Origin: an uncultured Verrucomicrobiae bacterium
GTDB taxonomy: Bacteria; Verrucomicrobiota; Verrucomicrobiia; Chthoniobacterales; Chthoniobacteraceae
Direction of reading: 5' to 3'
Length of the DNA: 64,000 nucleotides
Assembly (NCBI GenBank): GCA_963828525.1
Contig: CAWHEP010000003.1
Span: 64,001 to 128,000 of the forward strand
The notes under the pieces are model-generated. The model made no database searches. It saw nothing but the letters and a program-made list of their open reading frames with translations, and was not told the DNA's origin. Shown in pieces: positions 50,410 to 60,432 of this stretch; the first letter of the stretch is position 1, and each line of letters starts with the position of its first letter. Made by a program: the position numbers and the translations under genes.

Positions 50410-51366
50410 ATGATAAAAGTAAGGAACCTGAAGAAGAATTTCGGTCATAAACTCGCCGTAAACGGCATCTCGTTCACCGTGGAAAAGGGCGAGGTATTGG
50501 GCTTCCTCGGGCCTAATGGCGCGGGCAAGTCAACCACGATGCGGATGGTCACCGGATTCATCCCGCCGAGCGGGGGAGAAATCTCGGTCGGCGGGTTCGA
50601 TATCGTGGAGAATCCCATTTCCGCGAAACGCCTCATCGGTTATTTGCCGGAGAACGCCCCCTCGTATGGGGATATGACAGTCTCCGGTTTTCTGGGATTT
50701 GCGGCGGAGCTGCGCGGCCTGCAGGGAGGCGCGAGGCAACGAGCGGTTCATCGGGTTATCGAAATGTGTTTCCTAGAAAGCGTAAGACATCAAAGCATTG
50801 ATACGTTGTCCAAGGGCTTCAGGCACCGCACCTGTTTCGCGCAATCGATCTTGCACGATCCTCCTGTGCTGATCCTGGATGAGCCGACCGATGGACTCGA
50901 TCCCAATCAGAAATACGAAGTGCGGACGCTCATCCGAAGAATGGGCGAAAAGAAGGCGATCATTTTTTCCACTCACATCCTGGAAGAGGTGGAAGCGGTC
51001 TGCTCTCGGGCAATCATCATTGATCGCGGGCAGATCGTCGCAAATGGAACGCCTGCTGAGTTGAAGCGGCGCTCTGACACGGCCGGCGCGGTGACGATCC
51101 GCCTGGTGGAAGGCGATGCTGGCGGCGTGAGCCAGAAGCTGAGCCGCATGGCTGGCGTCGACCGAGTGGTCATCCTGGATTCACCTTCGGTAACGGTTCG
51201 CGCCTTCCCCACATCAAGCGGTTCTGCAAACCTTGCCATGGAAATAGGGGCGCTCGCTATGAAGGAAAATTGGAAAGTGGAGGAACTGCATACCGAGGAG
51301 GGGCGTCTTGACGAGGTGTTCCGAGGTATCACGCTCCCAGAAACTGTTCGCAAGGAGGCGGCATGA
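50410..51366 (+). CDS. ABC transporter ATPase (GldA-like)
   Basis: GPNGAGKST, GYLPE, LSKG, DEPTDGLDP and STHIL. Confidence 0.88.
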   Translation: MIKVRNLKKNFGHKLAVNGISFTVEKGEVLGFLGPNGAGKSTTMRMVTGFIPPSGGEISVGGFDIVENPISAKRLIGYLPENAPSYGDMTVSGFLGFAAELRGLQGGARQRAVHRVIEMCFLESVRHQSIDTLSKGFRHRTCFAQSILHDPPVLILDEPTDGLDPNQKYEVRTLIRRMGEKKAIIFSTHILEEVEAVCSRAIIIDRGQIVANGTPAELKRRSDTAGAVTIRLVEGDAGGVSQKLSRMAGVDRVVILDSPSVTVRAFPTSSGSANLAMEIGALAMKENWKVEELHTEEGRLDEVFRGITLPETVRKEAA

Positions 51367-52175
51367 GCGAGACCACCACCACAGCAGCCTCGCAGATGAC
51401 ATCCGCGACCGAGGATGAAACCGTCGCCGGTCAGGGATCTCTCAAGAATATTTCGGCGATCGCGAAGCGGGAGATCACCGGATACTTTGCCTCTCCTGTG
51501 GCTTACGTGTTCATAGTAATCTTCCTGCTGCTCGCGGGCTTCTTCACGTTCATGGTTTCCGGCTTCTTTGAGCGCGGCCAGGCAAATCTGGAACCGTTCT
51601 TTTGGTCGCATCCGTGGCTTTATCTCTTTCTTGTTCCAGCAGTGGGGATGCGAATGTGGTCAGAGGAACGCCGCCTTGGGACGATGGAACTTCTCCTTAC
51701 GATGCCGATTACGCCGTGGCAGGCGATCATCGGCAAATTTCTGGCGTCGTGGCTGGTGCTCGCGGTCGCGCTGGTCCTTACCTTCCCAATCATCCTGACC
51801 GTTAATTACCTCGGGACGCCCGATAACGGAGTGATCCTGGGCGGGTATATAGGCAGCCTCCTCCTGGCTGGAGCTTATTTATCCGTTTCCGCCATGACAT
51901 CCGCGATGACGCGCAACCAAGTGGTGAGTTTCATCCTGTCGGTTGTCATCTGCCTGTTCCTGATCCTCGCGGGCTGGCCACCTGTTACAAACATGCTCGT
52001 GCATTGGGCGAGTCCGACGGTCGTGTCCGCAATCGCGGGCTTCAGCGTCATGACCCACTTCGAGAGCATCCAAAAGGGCGTGCTGGACTCCCGCGACATC
52101 CTCTTTTTCCTATCCGTCATCGCCTTTTGCCTGTTCGGCACAAGCGTAATCATCCGCGCTCACCGCGCGGGCTAG
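51363..52175 (+). CDS. ABC-2 permease (GldF-like)
   Basis: YFASPVAY, MRMWSEERRLGTMELLLT, GKF and TRNQ. ATGA overlap with the upstream gene. Confidence 0.88.
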   Translation: MSETTTTAASQMTSATEDETVAGQGSLKNISAIAKREITGYFASPVAYVFIVIFLLLAGFFTFMVSGFFERGQANLEPFFWSHPWLYLFLVPAVGMRMWSEERRLGTMELLLTMPITPWQAIIGKFLASWLVLAVALVLTFPIILTVNYLGTPDNGVILGGYIGSLLLAGAYLSVSAMTSAMTRNQVVSFILSVVICLFLILAGWPPVTNMLVHWASPTVVSAIAGFSVMTHFESIQKGVLDSRDILFFLSVIAFCLFGTSVIIRAHRAG

Positions 52176-52191
52176 CGGATACAATCACAAC

Positions 52192-54087
52192 TTGGTCATG
52201 AGAAAAAAACCCTTCGAGACTCTCGTCTACTCAGCCCTCGGCCTCGCGGCGATGTTCGTCATCCTGATCGCCGTGAATTTCATCGCGGCGCGCTTTAAGC
52301 AGCGGGTCGATCTGACCCAGGAAAAAGCCTATACCCTGTCGCATGGCACGAAGGCCATCCTCAAGAAGCTCGATACGCCCGTCCAGATCCGTCTCTATAG
52401 CAGCCGGGAAGAGGCCGGGATGCCGGTGTTCCTCAGAACGTATGCCCAACGCGTCGAGGACCTGCTTGGCGAGTATGTGCAAAATGGACATGGGCAGGTC
52501 ACTCTGCAGAAGCTGGATCCGGAGCCTGATTCAGACGCGGAAGATTCGGCGAAGCTGGACGGGGTGAACGGCCAACAACTGCCCGATGGTTCCAAGGTTT
52601 ATCTGGGCTTGAGCATTAGCATGCTCGACAAAAAACAAGCGATCTCCTTTCTCACGCCAGATCGGGAGCGGCTGCTGGAGTATGATGTCTCCCGCGCGCT
52701 ATCGCAGGTTATAACACCCGAGAAACCTGTGGTCGGGGTGATGAGCGCTCTCCCGGTGATGGGTGGTCCCCCGAGCAACCCGATGATGATGGAAATGGGG
52801 CAGCAGCAGGCGCCCCAGCCCGCGTGGGCGTTCATCACGGAACTCAAGAATGACTACGATGTGAAAAGCGTGGAGATGTCCGCGGATAAGATTCCTGAGG
52901 ACATAAAGGTGCTGCTTCTCATCCATCCAAAAGGGATTACTGACGCGGGCCAGTACGCGCTGGATCAGTTTATCCTACGCGGCGGGAAGCTTATAGCGTT
53001 CCTGGACCCACTCTGCGTGCTCGATAGGCAGAACCCAATGGGCGGAGAACCAAGTTCGTCCAACATCGACAAACTTCTGAAAGGATGGGGTGTGTCCTTG
53101 GATACCTCCAAGGTCGTCGCGGACATGAGTTATGTGGCCGAAACGCGGCAGGGCAAAGCCCCCACTGTGCTGGCGCTGACTCAAAATGCATTTAACAAGG
53201 ACGACATCCTCACCGCGGATGCCGACGACGCGGTTATGGCGTTCGCAGGCACATTCACCGGCACCCCGGTAAAGGGACTGAAGGAGGATATCCTCATAAG
53301 GTCATCGACTGAATCCCAACTCGTTGATCCCATGACGGCGCAAATGTCAGCGGAAGGCATCTCCAATGACTTCCATGCCTCTGGCACGGGATACCCGCTG
53401 GCAATCCGGCTGACCGGAAAGTTCGCGACAGCGTTCCCCGGGGGAGCTCCGGCGGCTGAGGCCAAGCCGAGCGCTCCGCCTTCCCCCCCCGCGCCGGTAA
53501 AACCTGGGTTAAAGGAGTCGGCCCAGGAGAACACGGTACTTCTCTTTGGAGACGTAGATATGCTGGAGGACCAGGTGGCTGTGCGCGCCATGCAGAACCC
53601 GTTTGGGCAAGACATGGTGATGCCAGCCAACGGGAATCTCGCGATCGCGGAGAACGCTGTGGATCAACTCACCGGTGACAGCAACCTGATCACGGTTCGC
53701 AGCCGCGCGTCCCGGGAGCGCCCTTTCACAGTGGTAAAGAAAATGCAGGAAGACGCGGAGGCAAATTACCGAGACAAGATCAAGGGACTGGAGGCCAGCC
53801 TTGCCGATACGCAAAACAAGATCAACGGCCTGCAGCAAGGGAAGGAAAGTCAGAACGGGCAGCAGTTCATCCTTTCTCCGGAGCAACAACAGGAGTTGGA
53901 AAAATTCCGGAAAACGGAGGCGAGCGCGAAGGTTGAACTGAAAGGCGTTCGTAAAACTCTTCGGGCCGAAATCGACTCGCTGGAAACCCGGCTCGAGTGG
54001 CTGAACATCGCGGGGATGCCCGCGCTGGTTGCCGCCTCGGGCATCCTGCTTGCAACGATGAAGCGTAACCGTTCCTCGGCACAATGA
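52192..54087 (+). CDS. GldG-like ABC auxiliary (GIFT-domain) protein
   Basis: RVDLTQEKAYTLS, LEY, LDQFILRGGKL...DP, a coiled coil and a C-terminal TM. Confidence 0.85.
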   Translation: MVMRKKPFETLVYSALGLAAMFVILIAVNFIAARFKQRVDLTQEKAYTLSHGTKAILKKLDTPVQIRLYSSREEAGMPVFLRTYAQRVEDLLGEYVQNGHGQVTLQKLDPEPDSDAEDSAKLDGVNGQQLPDGSKVYLGLSISMLDKKQAISFLTPDRERLLEYDVSRALSQVITPEKPVVGVMSALPVMGGPPSNPMMMEMGQQQAPQPAWAFITELKNDYDVKSVEMSADKIPEDIKVLLLIHPKGITDAGQYALDQFILRGGKLIAFLDPLCVLDRQNPMGGEPSSSNIDKLLKGWGVSLDTSKVVADMSYVAETRQGKAPTVLALTQNAFNKDDILTADADDAVMAFAGTFTGTPVKGLKEDILIRSSTESQLVDPMTAQMSAEGISNDFHASGTGYPLAIRLTGKFATAFPGGAPAAEAKPSAPPSPPAPVKPGLKESAQENTVLLFGDVDMLEDQVAVRAMQNPFGQDMVMPANGNLAIAENAVDQLTGDSNLITVRSRASRERPFTVVKKMQEDAEANYRDKIKGLEASLADTQNKINGLQQGKESQNGQQFILSPEQQQELEKFRKTEASAKVELKGVRKTLRAEIDSLETRLEWLNIAGMPALVAASGILLATMKRNRSSAQ

Positions 54088-55407
54088 ACGCGAAACAACT
54101 TTTTTTGCTCCTGTTGCTTGTGCTGGTGCTCGGCGGCGCTGGTCTGATGCTGCGCAAAAACAGCTCCGAGTCCTGGCAAAGCTCTGCTGAGAATACGGAA
54201 CGAGTTGTCTCCTTTCCACTCAATGACGCGCTGCATATCACCATAAAGGACAGCACAGGCGCCGCGGATATTCTGAAGAAGAATGACGTCTGGACGGTGC
54301 AACAAAGGGAATACCCCGCAAGTTTTGAACAGGTAAGCGCGTTGTTGCGGAAAACATGGGAGCTGAAGCCGGTGCAGGACGTGAAGGTGGGCGCCTCCCA
54401 GCTGGGGCGGCTTGATCTTCTTCAATCCGGCCCCGGACAGGGCACATTAGTGGATCTCCGGGGCGACGGTGGAAAATCCGTCGCCAGCTTGTTGCTTGGC
54501 AAGAAGTTGATGAAGAAAATGGAGGGTGGATACGAGGGAGGAGGCGATTACCCAGCAGGCCGCTATGTGATGAACAATGACGGTTCGAACCATGTGTGGC
54601 TCGTGTCGGAAACGCTGGAAGAAGCCTCCGCCGACCCGGCAAAGTGGCTGGACAAGACTTTCATCCAGGTAAATAGCCCGCGCGCGCTGGCGCTGAGCGG
54701 CACCAGCGCAGCCTTCCAATGGAAGCTGTCCCGGGACTCCGATGGGGCGAACTGGCAGCTAGCCGATACAGTGAAAGCCGGAGAGTCAGCGGATACCACG
54801 AAGACAGGTTCCCTCTCCTACGCGCTGAGCGCCCCCGTTTTTGTGGATGTGCTGCCGGCGAGCGCAAAGCCTGAAGCTTCGGGACTGGACAAGCCCTCCA
54901 CCCTCTCAGCAGAAACGTTTGACGGCTTTACCTATACGCTGAAAGTGGGCGCCGCCTCGTCCGACCGGTATCCGGTAACGGTCGGAGTCACCGGGGCATT
55001 CGCGCTAAAGCGAGCCGCAGTCAAAGGTGAGAAGGCGGAGGACAAAACGAAAGCCGACAAGGATTTCGAGACGAAGCTGAAAGGCTTTCAGGACAAGCTG
55101 GCGAAGGAGAAAAAACTTGAGGGGCGCATCTACCTGGTTGAGAAGTCGGTGCTGGACCCGCTGTTAAAGGCGCGTGACGAATTCCTGAACAAGCCTTCCC
55201 CCACGCCCAGTCCCTCACCTTCTCCCGTCGCGGCGCCAGCCTTGAGTGGAAGCTCGGCGAACATACCCCCCGCGGTCTCGCCCGCGCCAGCGAGCGCTCC
55301 CGCCCCGGTTGTCCCACCGCCGCCACAGCCATCGCCCGCGCCGACCGCCAGGGGCTCCTATCGCAGCGCCGACAGCTTCAGCGGCAAAGCCTGCCGGAAC
55401 GCCCTAG
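54084..55407 (+). CDS. DUF4340-like protein with Pro/Ala tail (apparent +1 frameshift near 55348)
   Basis: N-terminal TM anchor, LLLGK, GRYV and KWLD, fourth gene of the Gld-like operon. Removing one base continues the tail as AGAPIAAPTASAAKPAGTP* to TAG 55405-55407. Confidence 0.7.
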
Positions 55408-55499
55408 CTCATCGTCGTTTCGCGCTTCCCACGTCTTTGCGATGGGGCCTCGCCACGGCTCCCTTGAAGAACGCCGTCTCAGCCGATACCTTCACCATT

Positions 55500-56561
55500 G
55501 TGGCTGACCGAATAAAAATCGCGTTTCTCGAGACGGAAACCAGCGAGCGAAGCGTTTTTGAGGAGGCGCTCGCCCAGCATGATCTCCGCTTCGAGTACGC
55601 TTTGAAGGAAGTCTCCCCCGAGGCGCGCATCGTTTCGGGGTTCCTCAACTCGGAAATCGACGAAGAGTTCCTGCGAAGCCATCCCGCCGTCAAAATGATT
55701 GCGGCTCGCTCGACGAGCTGCGATCACATCGACCTCGCCGCTTGCCAAAAGCGGAACGTTGTCGTTTGCAACGTGCCGAGCTACGGCAACCATACCGTCG
55801 CGGAACACACATTCGCCCTCATTCTCGCGGCCTCGCGCCGCCTCCGTGAAGCGATGGAAAGCCACAAGCGCCGCAAATTTTCCTACGAAGACATGCGCGG
55901 GTTTGAGCTTCGCGGGAAGACCTTGGGCGTAATCGGCGCTGGACGCATCGGGCAGAATACCATGCGATTTGGAAAGGCCTTCGGCATGAATCCCATCGCC
56001 TTCGACCTGGAACAGAATGCCGACGCGGCAAAAACCGTGGGCTTCCGATATGTGGCGTTGGATGAACTTCTGGCTCAATCCCATGTCATATCGCTGCACA
56101 CGGCGCTGACTCCGCAGACCTTCCACATGATGGACAGCGCCGCGTTCGCGAAATGCCGGAGAGGTGTCGTTATCGTGAATACCGGTCGCGGCGCTTTGAT
56201 CGATACGGACGCGCTGGTGCTGGCGTTGGATGAAGGGATTGTGGCGGGCGCGGCGCTGGATGTCCTGGAGGAAGAACTCGTCATGCGAAAGGACGCGTCG
56301 CACATCATCAGCGACCAGATTGTGGATCACATCCACGCCGCGGCGGGAGAATTGCGGGCGCAAGACCCGTCACGGATCACCCAGTTGCGGGCGCTGATTC
56401 GCAACCAAAGCCTGCTGGAGCGGCCCAACGTCTTTTTTACTCCACACGTCGCTTTCAACACGGTGGAGACCATTCGCCAGATCAGCCGCGCCACGGTGGA
56501 TAATATCAACGCTTTTTTAACCGGCCATCCTGTCAATCTGGTCCCCGCCGCTGTGCTCTAA
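55500..56561 (+). CDS. D-isomer-specific 2-hydroxyacid (D-lactate-type) dehydrogenase
   Basis: NVPSYG..VAEH, GAGRIG, NTGRG, LDVLEEE and TPHVAFNT. GTG start at 55500. Confidence 0.85.
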   Translation: MADRIKIAFLETETSERSVFEEALAQHDLRFEYALKEVSPEARIVSGFLNSEIDEEFLRSHPAVKMIAARSTSCDHIDLAACQKRNVVVCNVPSYGNHTVAEHTFALILAASRRLREAMESHKRRKFSYEDMRGFELRGKTLGVIGAGRIGQNTMRFGKAFGMNPIAFDLEQNADAAKTVGFRYVALDELLAQSHVISLHTALTPQTFHMMDSAAFAKCRRGVVIVNTGRGALIDTDALVLALDEGIVAGAALDVLEEELVMRKDASHIISDQIVDHIHAAAGELRAQDPSRITQLRALIRNQSLLERPNVFFTPHVAFNTVETIRQISRATVDNINAFLTGHPVNLVPAAVL

Positions 56562-56588
56562 CTCATTGCCCTCCTACGGACCTTCTTC

Positions 56589-56861
56589 GTGAATCGCTCC
56601 CAACTCCTCGATCACTATTTCATCGACGCCCGCGCCAGGCTAATCGATCTCGGCGCGTTTATGGACCGGGTTCAGCGGGCTGACGGCGCGGAGGATTTTC
56701 GCATGGAGGCCTTTCGCCATGCCTGCGAGATTCTCCTTTCCGCCGAGCCGGAAAAAGCCGCGCGCATTCTTCGCGCTTTCAGTGATCTCTCCGTGGCGCC
56801 GGTCGCGAGCGCGGGAAAACCAGCCTGCGGCGCCGCGCGGGTAAAAGAGCAGACGCCTTAA
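56589..56861 (+). CDS. Small helical hypothetical protein
   Basis: 90-aa ORF ([19 protein letters not shown]) 14 nt upstream of the TatD-like gene. Confidence 0.65.
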   Translation: MNRSQLLDHYFIDARARLIDLGAFMDRVQRADGAEDFRMEAFRHACEILLSAEPEKAARILRAFSDLSVAPVASAGKPACGAARVKEQTP

Positions 56862-56875
56862 AGAGCTTTCCGGTC

Positions 56876-57699
56876 ATGCGCTACATCGAACCGCACGCGC
56901 ACATGGTCAGCCGTGTCACGGATGATTATGTCGCGATGGCGATGGCCGGATGCCAGGCAATCTGTGAACCTGCTTTCTGGGCCGGTTTTGACCGGGGCAG
57001 CGCCCACGGTTTCCGCGACTACTTTCGGCAACTGACCGAATACGAGCCGCGCCGCGCGGCAAAGTTCGGTCTGCCGCACTATTGCTGGCTTTGCATCAAT
57101 CCCAAGGAGTCCGAAGACCTGGGCCTTGCAAATGAAGTTCTCGCCATCATTCCCGAGTTCCTGCAGGCGCCGAATGTGCTTGGCATTGGCGAGATTGGCC
57201 TGAACAAGAACACGCGCAACGAGATGGCCATCCTGGAAAAGCACGTCGATCTAGCCGCCGAACATGACCAATTGATTCTGGTTCACACACCTCACCTGGA
57301 AGACAAGTTGAAGGGCACAAGACTGATCCTGGACCTGTTGAAAGCCGACCGGAGGATAAATCCCGGGCGTGTCATCATCGACCACGCGGAGGAACACACG
57401 ATCCCCCTCATTCTGGATGCCGGCTTCTGGGCCGGTCTTACCCTTACCCGGAATCGAAATGCACCCCCGCCCGGGCGGTGGATATCGTGGAGACCCACGG
57501 CTCGGAAAGGGTATGGCTAAACTGCGCCTGCGACTGGGGTAACAGCGATCCCCTCGCCGTCCCCAAAGCTGCAATCGAGATGAGAAGAAGAGGGCATTCG
57601 GAGGAGCAGATAGATCGACTCCTGTTTGAAAATCCACATCGTTTTCTCTCCCAGTGTCCGAAGTTTCAAGTCGCCGGTGCGAGTCAAACTCAGGAATAA
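56876..57699 (+). CDS. TatD-family metal-dependent hydrolase (EboB-like), apparent -1 frameshift near 57444
   Basis: EPHAH, IGEIG, VHTPH and DH. Adding one T restores [18 protein letters not shown]...[12 protein letters not shown]. Confidence 0.82.
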
Positions 57700-57743
57700 G
57701 GGCCAAGCCACGTCAACTCATTCAAAGACACCATTAATGTCAA

Positions 57744-58112
57744 CTGTTGAGATACGACCCCGAAACTCTTACCCAAGGCGGTGCTGGTGGAGGGCAGCGG
57801 CTGCTACTACGAGAGCCTGCTGGACTACGTCCATCTTAACCCTGTGCGAGCGGGCATCATCAAGCCCGGAAAGGAGCAGAGCGTGATGGACTATCCCTGG
57901 AGCAGCGTGGCAGGGGGAGAATACATCAGTGGATCTGAACTGGATTTCCGAACGTTTAGCGATGAGCAGCGCAGCAAACGCGAGCCAGCAGATTCGCAGG
58001 AGCAGGTCGCGCGAACCGAGACTGCCCAAAGCCCTTCACCAATGGATAGAGCTGTTGAGAAATGCAGCCTGACCCCCAGAAAACATTCCCTTGCGGAAAG
58101 CCTGCAAGGAAA
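57744..58112 (+). mobile_element. Remnant of a Y1 (IS200/RAYT-like) transposase element
   Basis: Fragment KAVLVE...LLDYVHLNPVRAG...DYPWSS (~57775-57910) without the HuH part. Bracketed by two CTGTTGAGA...GACCCC motifs (57744, 58052) and a hairpin at ~58089-58109. Confidence 0.65.
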
Positions 58113-58505
58113 GACTCTCCGGCTTAATCCATCGTAGGTGAATTCAGAGCGCAAGTTTCCGGGTTCGTTGACGGCGGTGAGCCGGTTCGCGGCATCCCAC
58201 TCGTAAGTCTGGGTTCCGTCGTTTAGCAGGTTGCCGTCGGGGTCGTAGGTGAGGGTCTGGTTTGTTCCGCTCGTCGCAACAACCTGCCATGTGTGTGTGG
58301 TCGTGTTACCGGCGGCGTCTTTGGCACTGATCTGGATATTGTTCGTGCCGGTGGTGGCCGTGGTAACTGAGGTTGCAGTGACTCTGCCCCCCAGGAGATT
58401 GGGCACGGGATTTAACCCGGATGCTAACTCGGCTGGGTCCCCCACTCGGCTCAGCCAAGGCGGCGCGCTCCCGTTCAGATGCTCGCGAGTCGAGTTGCAA
58501 TGCAC
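58113..58505 (-). pseudogene. Rhs orphan module D, core fragment truncated before the toxin tip
   Basis: TTGTNNIQI...YDPDGNLL...YDGLSRRV nearly identical to the other copies. Homology stops abruptly at 58113. Confidence 0.8.
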
Positions 58506-58703
58506 AGTGATATTTCTGCCAGAACACGGACAGAATGGCAAATTCCATCGGATAGCATAACCGCGCTTCGCACCTCCCGCGGGGCTTTGCAGGCAGCTAT
58601 TGTGTCCCTGCCGGTCGGCGTAGAGCATCCAGCGACCTTGATCGACCGAACGCAAACCCACTCGCATATCAAGAAGCAAACGCCGACCCCTCTGAGCTTC
58701 CCG
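58385..58703 (-). repeat. Rhs-module leader repeat, copy D
   Basis: Colinear with 62003-62305 and 63864-64000. Shares GGATTTAA.CCGGATG and AATGCACAG with both, and TCTGCCAGAACAC, GGCAAATTCCA and ATATCAAG with copy B. Confidence 0.75.
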
Positions 58704-58764
58704 AGACGCGAGCGTAACGCAGCAACACGATAGCTGAAACTGCGCCGCGGTGTTACTGCGGAGA

Positions 58765-59256
58765 TCACGGGGTTCCGTATCCAAACTGGAGACTTTCAAG
58801 CCAAGGCACAACCGCGAACAATAGGCCTGTTGTCATGGCTACACAAAGCTGACATCGTGTAAACGGCTGTCCTAACCAAGAATAACTTAAAACCACCGTT
58901 GTATAAATAACGCTTGCCGCGCAGGTCCATATTCCGACGGTTCCAATGCGAAGGTCATGAGCGGCCATCAACAAAGCAATACTCTCGACACCCATGAATA
59001 GGGCTCCACTCGCGAAAATCGCATACAGCGCACGAGACATTCCTTTTTTGTGATAAATACCCCACAGCGAAGCTAACCCTATAGAACAAAACACCGCTTC
59101 TCTGATAAATTCAACATAATCGGAAAGATTAATTGCAGCGTACGCACGCTCTTCCTGAATTGACATGATACTCATTGCCATCAAACAAGCTATGAAGATA
59201 GCCTGGAAAAGAAGCAGCGTGCTCAGGAGCCACGTCTTATTACTGGGCGACCCCAT
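58765..59256 (-). CDS. Putative immunity protein C (multi-TM)
   Basis: Hydrophobic, AT-richer ORF overlapping the toxin C stop by 17 nt. Confidence 0.65.
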   Translation of the reverse strand: MGSPSNKTWLLSTLLLFQAIFIACLMAMSIMSIQEERAYAAINLSDYVEFIREAVFCSIGLASLWGIYHKKGMSRALYAIFASGALFMGVESIALLMAAHDLRIGTVGIWTCAASVIYTTVVLSYSWLGQPFTRCQLCVAMTTGLLFAVVPWLESLQFGYGTP

Positions 59257-60394
59257 TTATATAAGTAGTCGTTGTGCTATAAAAGGGAATCGGAACCGTG
59301 ACGTCGGTAAAAGGGAGATGCCTCAGATTCTGATTCTGCCCTGTGACCGGAACGGTAGGTAAGGCTTTGCTTACAGCTTTCGCGATGTTGTCGGGATCTG
59401 TGGGAAGTCCAGAATTACATCCATGTAAGGTTATTGTCGCATTCGTTGATAACTTGTTGTGCAACAAATCCGACAGCGTCGGATCAGCCTTATTTGACAA
59501 GGGGTCAAATAAATATGGCTGTCCGTTAGCGTTAAGCAATATAGAACCCTGTGAGGCGGAAGTGCCTAGATCCTGGGTATCCCCTCCGCCAGCCGCGTCC
59601 GGGCTGGAATGACCATCAACCGTTATGTTAGCTATAGTGTTGTTTCCAGCGGCGCTGACAACGTTGGTAAACTCCGAAGCATTACTGGCGCTTTGCGTGC
59701 TGCCATCCGTGAACGTGAAATGAGCATCTAAGCCTAGTGGATCGATTAAGTTCGCAGGGTCATTCATTACGTAACCATAAAGATTGATCCCACCTCGCTC
59801 CCCGAGTGGATCGCGGCTGATCCACCTTCTTAGGTCAGCGTTATAGCCGCGGTATAATGTCAGGGCCAAGCCGCTCGGGGCGTGCCAGTAGTCGCCAGTG
59901 AACCCGAAGTCCGCAGCCATGCTTCCACTGAGCTTTATGCGCCTACCGTATGGGTCGTAACTGTACCGCGCTTGGATTACGCCTGAACTGTCCGTCAGTT
60001 CGCGGACTGACCCGAGATGATCCCGAGTATAAAAGTAGTTTGACCCGGAAATCTGCATTCCCTGCGGATAATAGCGCCTCGTGACGCTATTGGAGGCGTC
60101 GCGTTCCTCGCAGATTTCCGTGCCGCACCAGAGCAGGTTCTTCGTGCTGGTGACAGCGCCGTTGCTTTTCTCAACAATCTTGACATCCCACTCGTAAGTC
60201 TGCGTTCCGTCGTTTAGCAGGTTGCCGTCGGGATCATAGGTGAGGGTCTGGTTTGTTCCGCTCGTGGCAACGACCTGCCATGTGTGTGTGGTCGAGTTAC
60301 CAGCAGCATCCTTGGCGGTGATCTGGATGTTATTCGTGCCTGTGGTGGCCGTGACTGTTCCCACAAAACTGGTTCCCGTCACTACGGCGGCTTC
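59240..60394 (-). CDS. Rhs orphan module C: core fragment with 78-nt in-frame deletion and caspase-fold-like toxin tip (no clear start)
   Basis: DHLGS, YDPYG, SRDPLG and DPLGL. The tip carries ITVDGHS and ITLHGCNSG. Confidence 0.8.
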   Translation of the reverse strand, partial: EAAVVTGTSFVGTVTATTGTNNIQITAKDAAGNSTTHTWQVVATSGTNQTLTYDPDGNLLNDGTQTYEWDVKIVEKSNGAVTSTKNLLWCGTEICEERDASNSVTRRYYPQGMQISGSNYFYTRDHLGSVRELTDSSGVIQARYSYDPYGRRIKLSGSMAADFGFTGDYWHAPSGLALTLYRGYNADLRRWISRDPLGERGGINLYGYVMNDPANLIDPLGLDAHFTFTDGSTQSASNASEFTNVVSAAGNNTIANITVDGHSSPDAAGGGDTQDLGTSASQGSILLNANGQPYLFDPLSNKADPTLSDLLHNKLSTNATITLHGCNSGLPTDPDNIAKAVSKALPTVPVTGQNQNLRHLPFTDVTVPIPFYSTTTTYINGVAQ

Positions 60395-60432
60395 AGTGCG
60401 CACCCGGCGTTGGGAGACCTGTGGACACCAGC

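Noticed and set aside
54084..56561. Apparent 825-aa DUF4340-dehydrogenase fusion protein
   Set aside because: Removing one base near 55348 ends the Pro/Ala tail naturally at 55407. The dehydrogenase has its own GTG at 55500, and an exported domain fused to a cytoplasmic NAD enzyme is topologically implausible.
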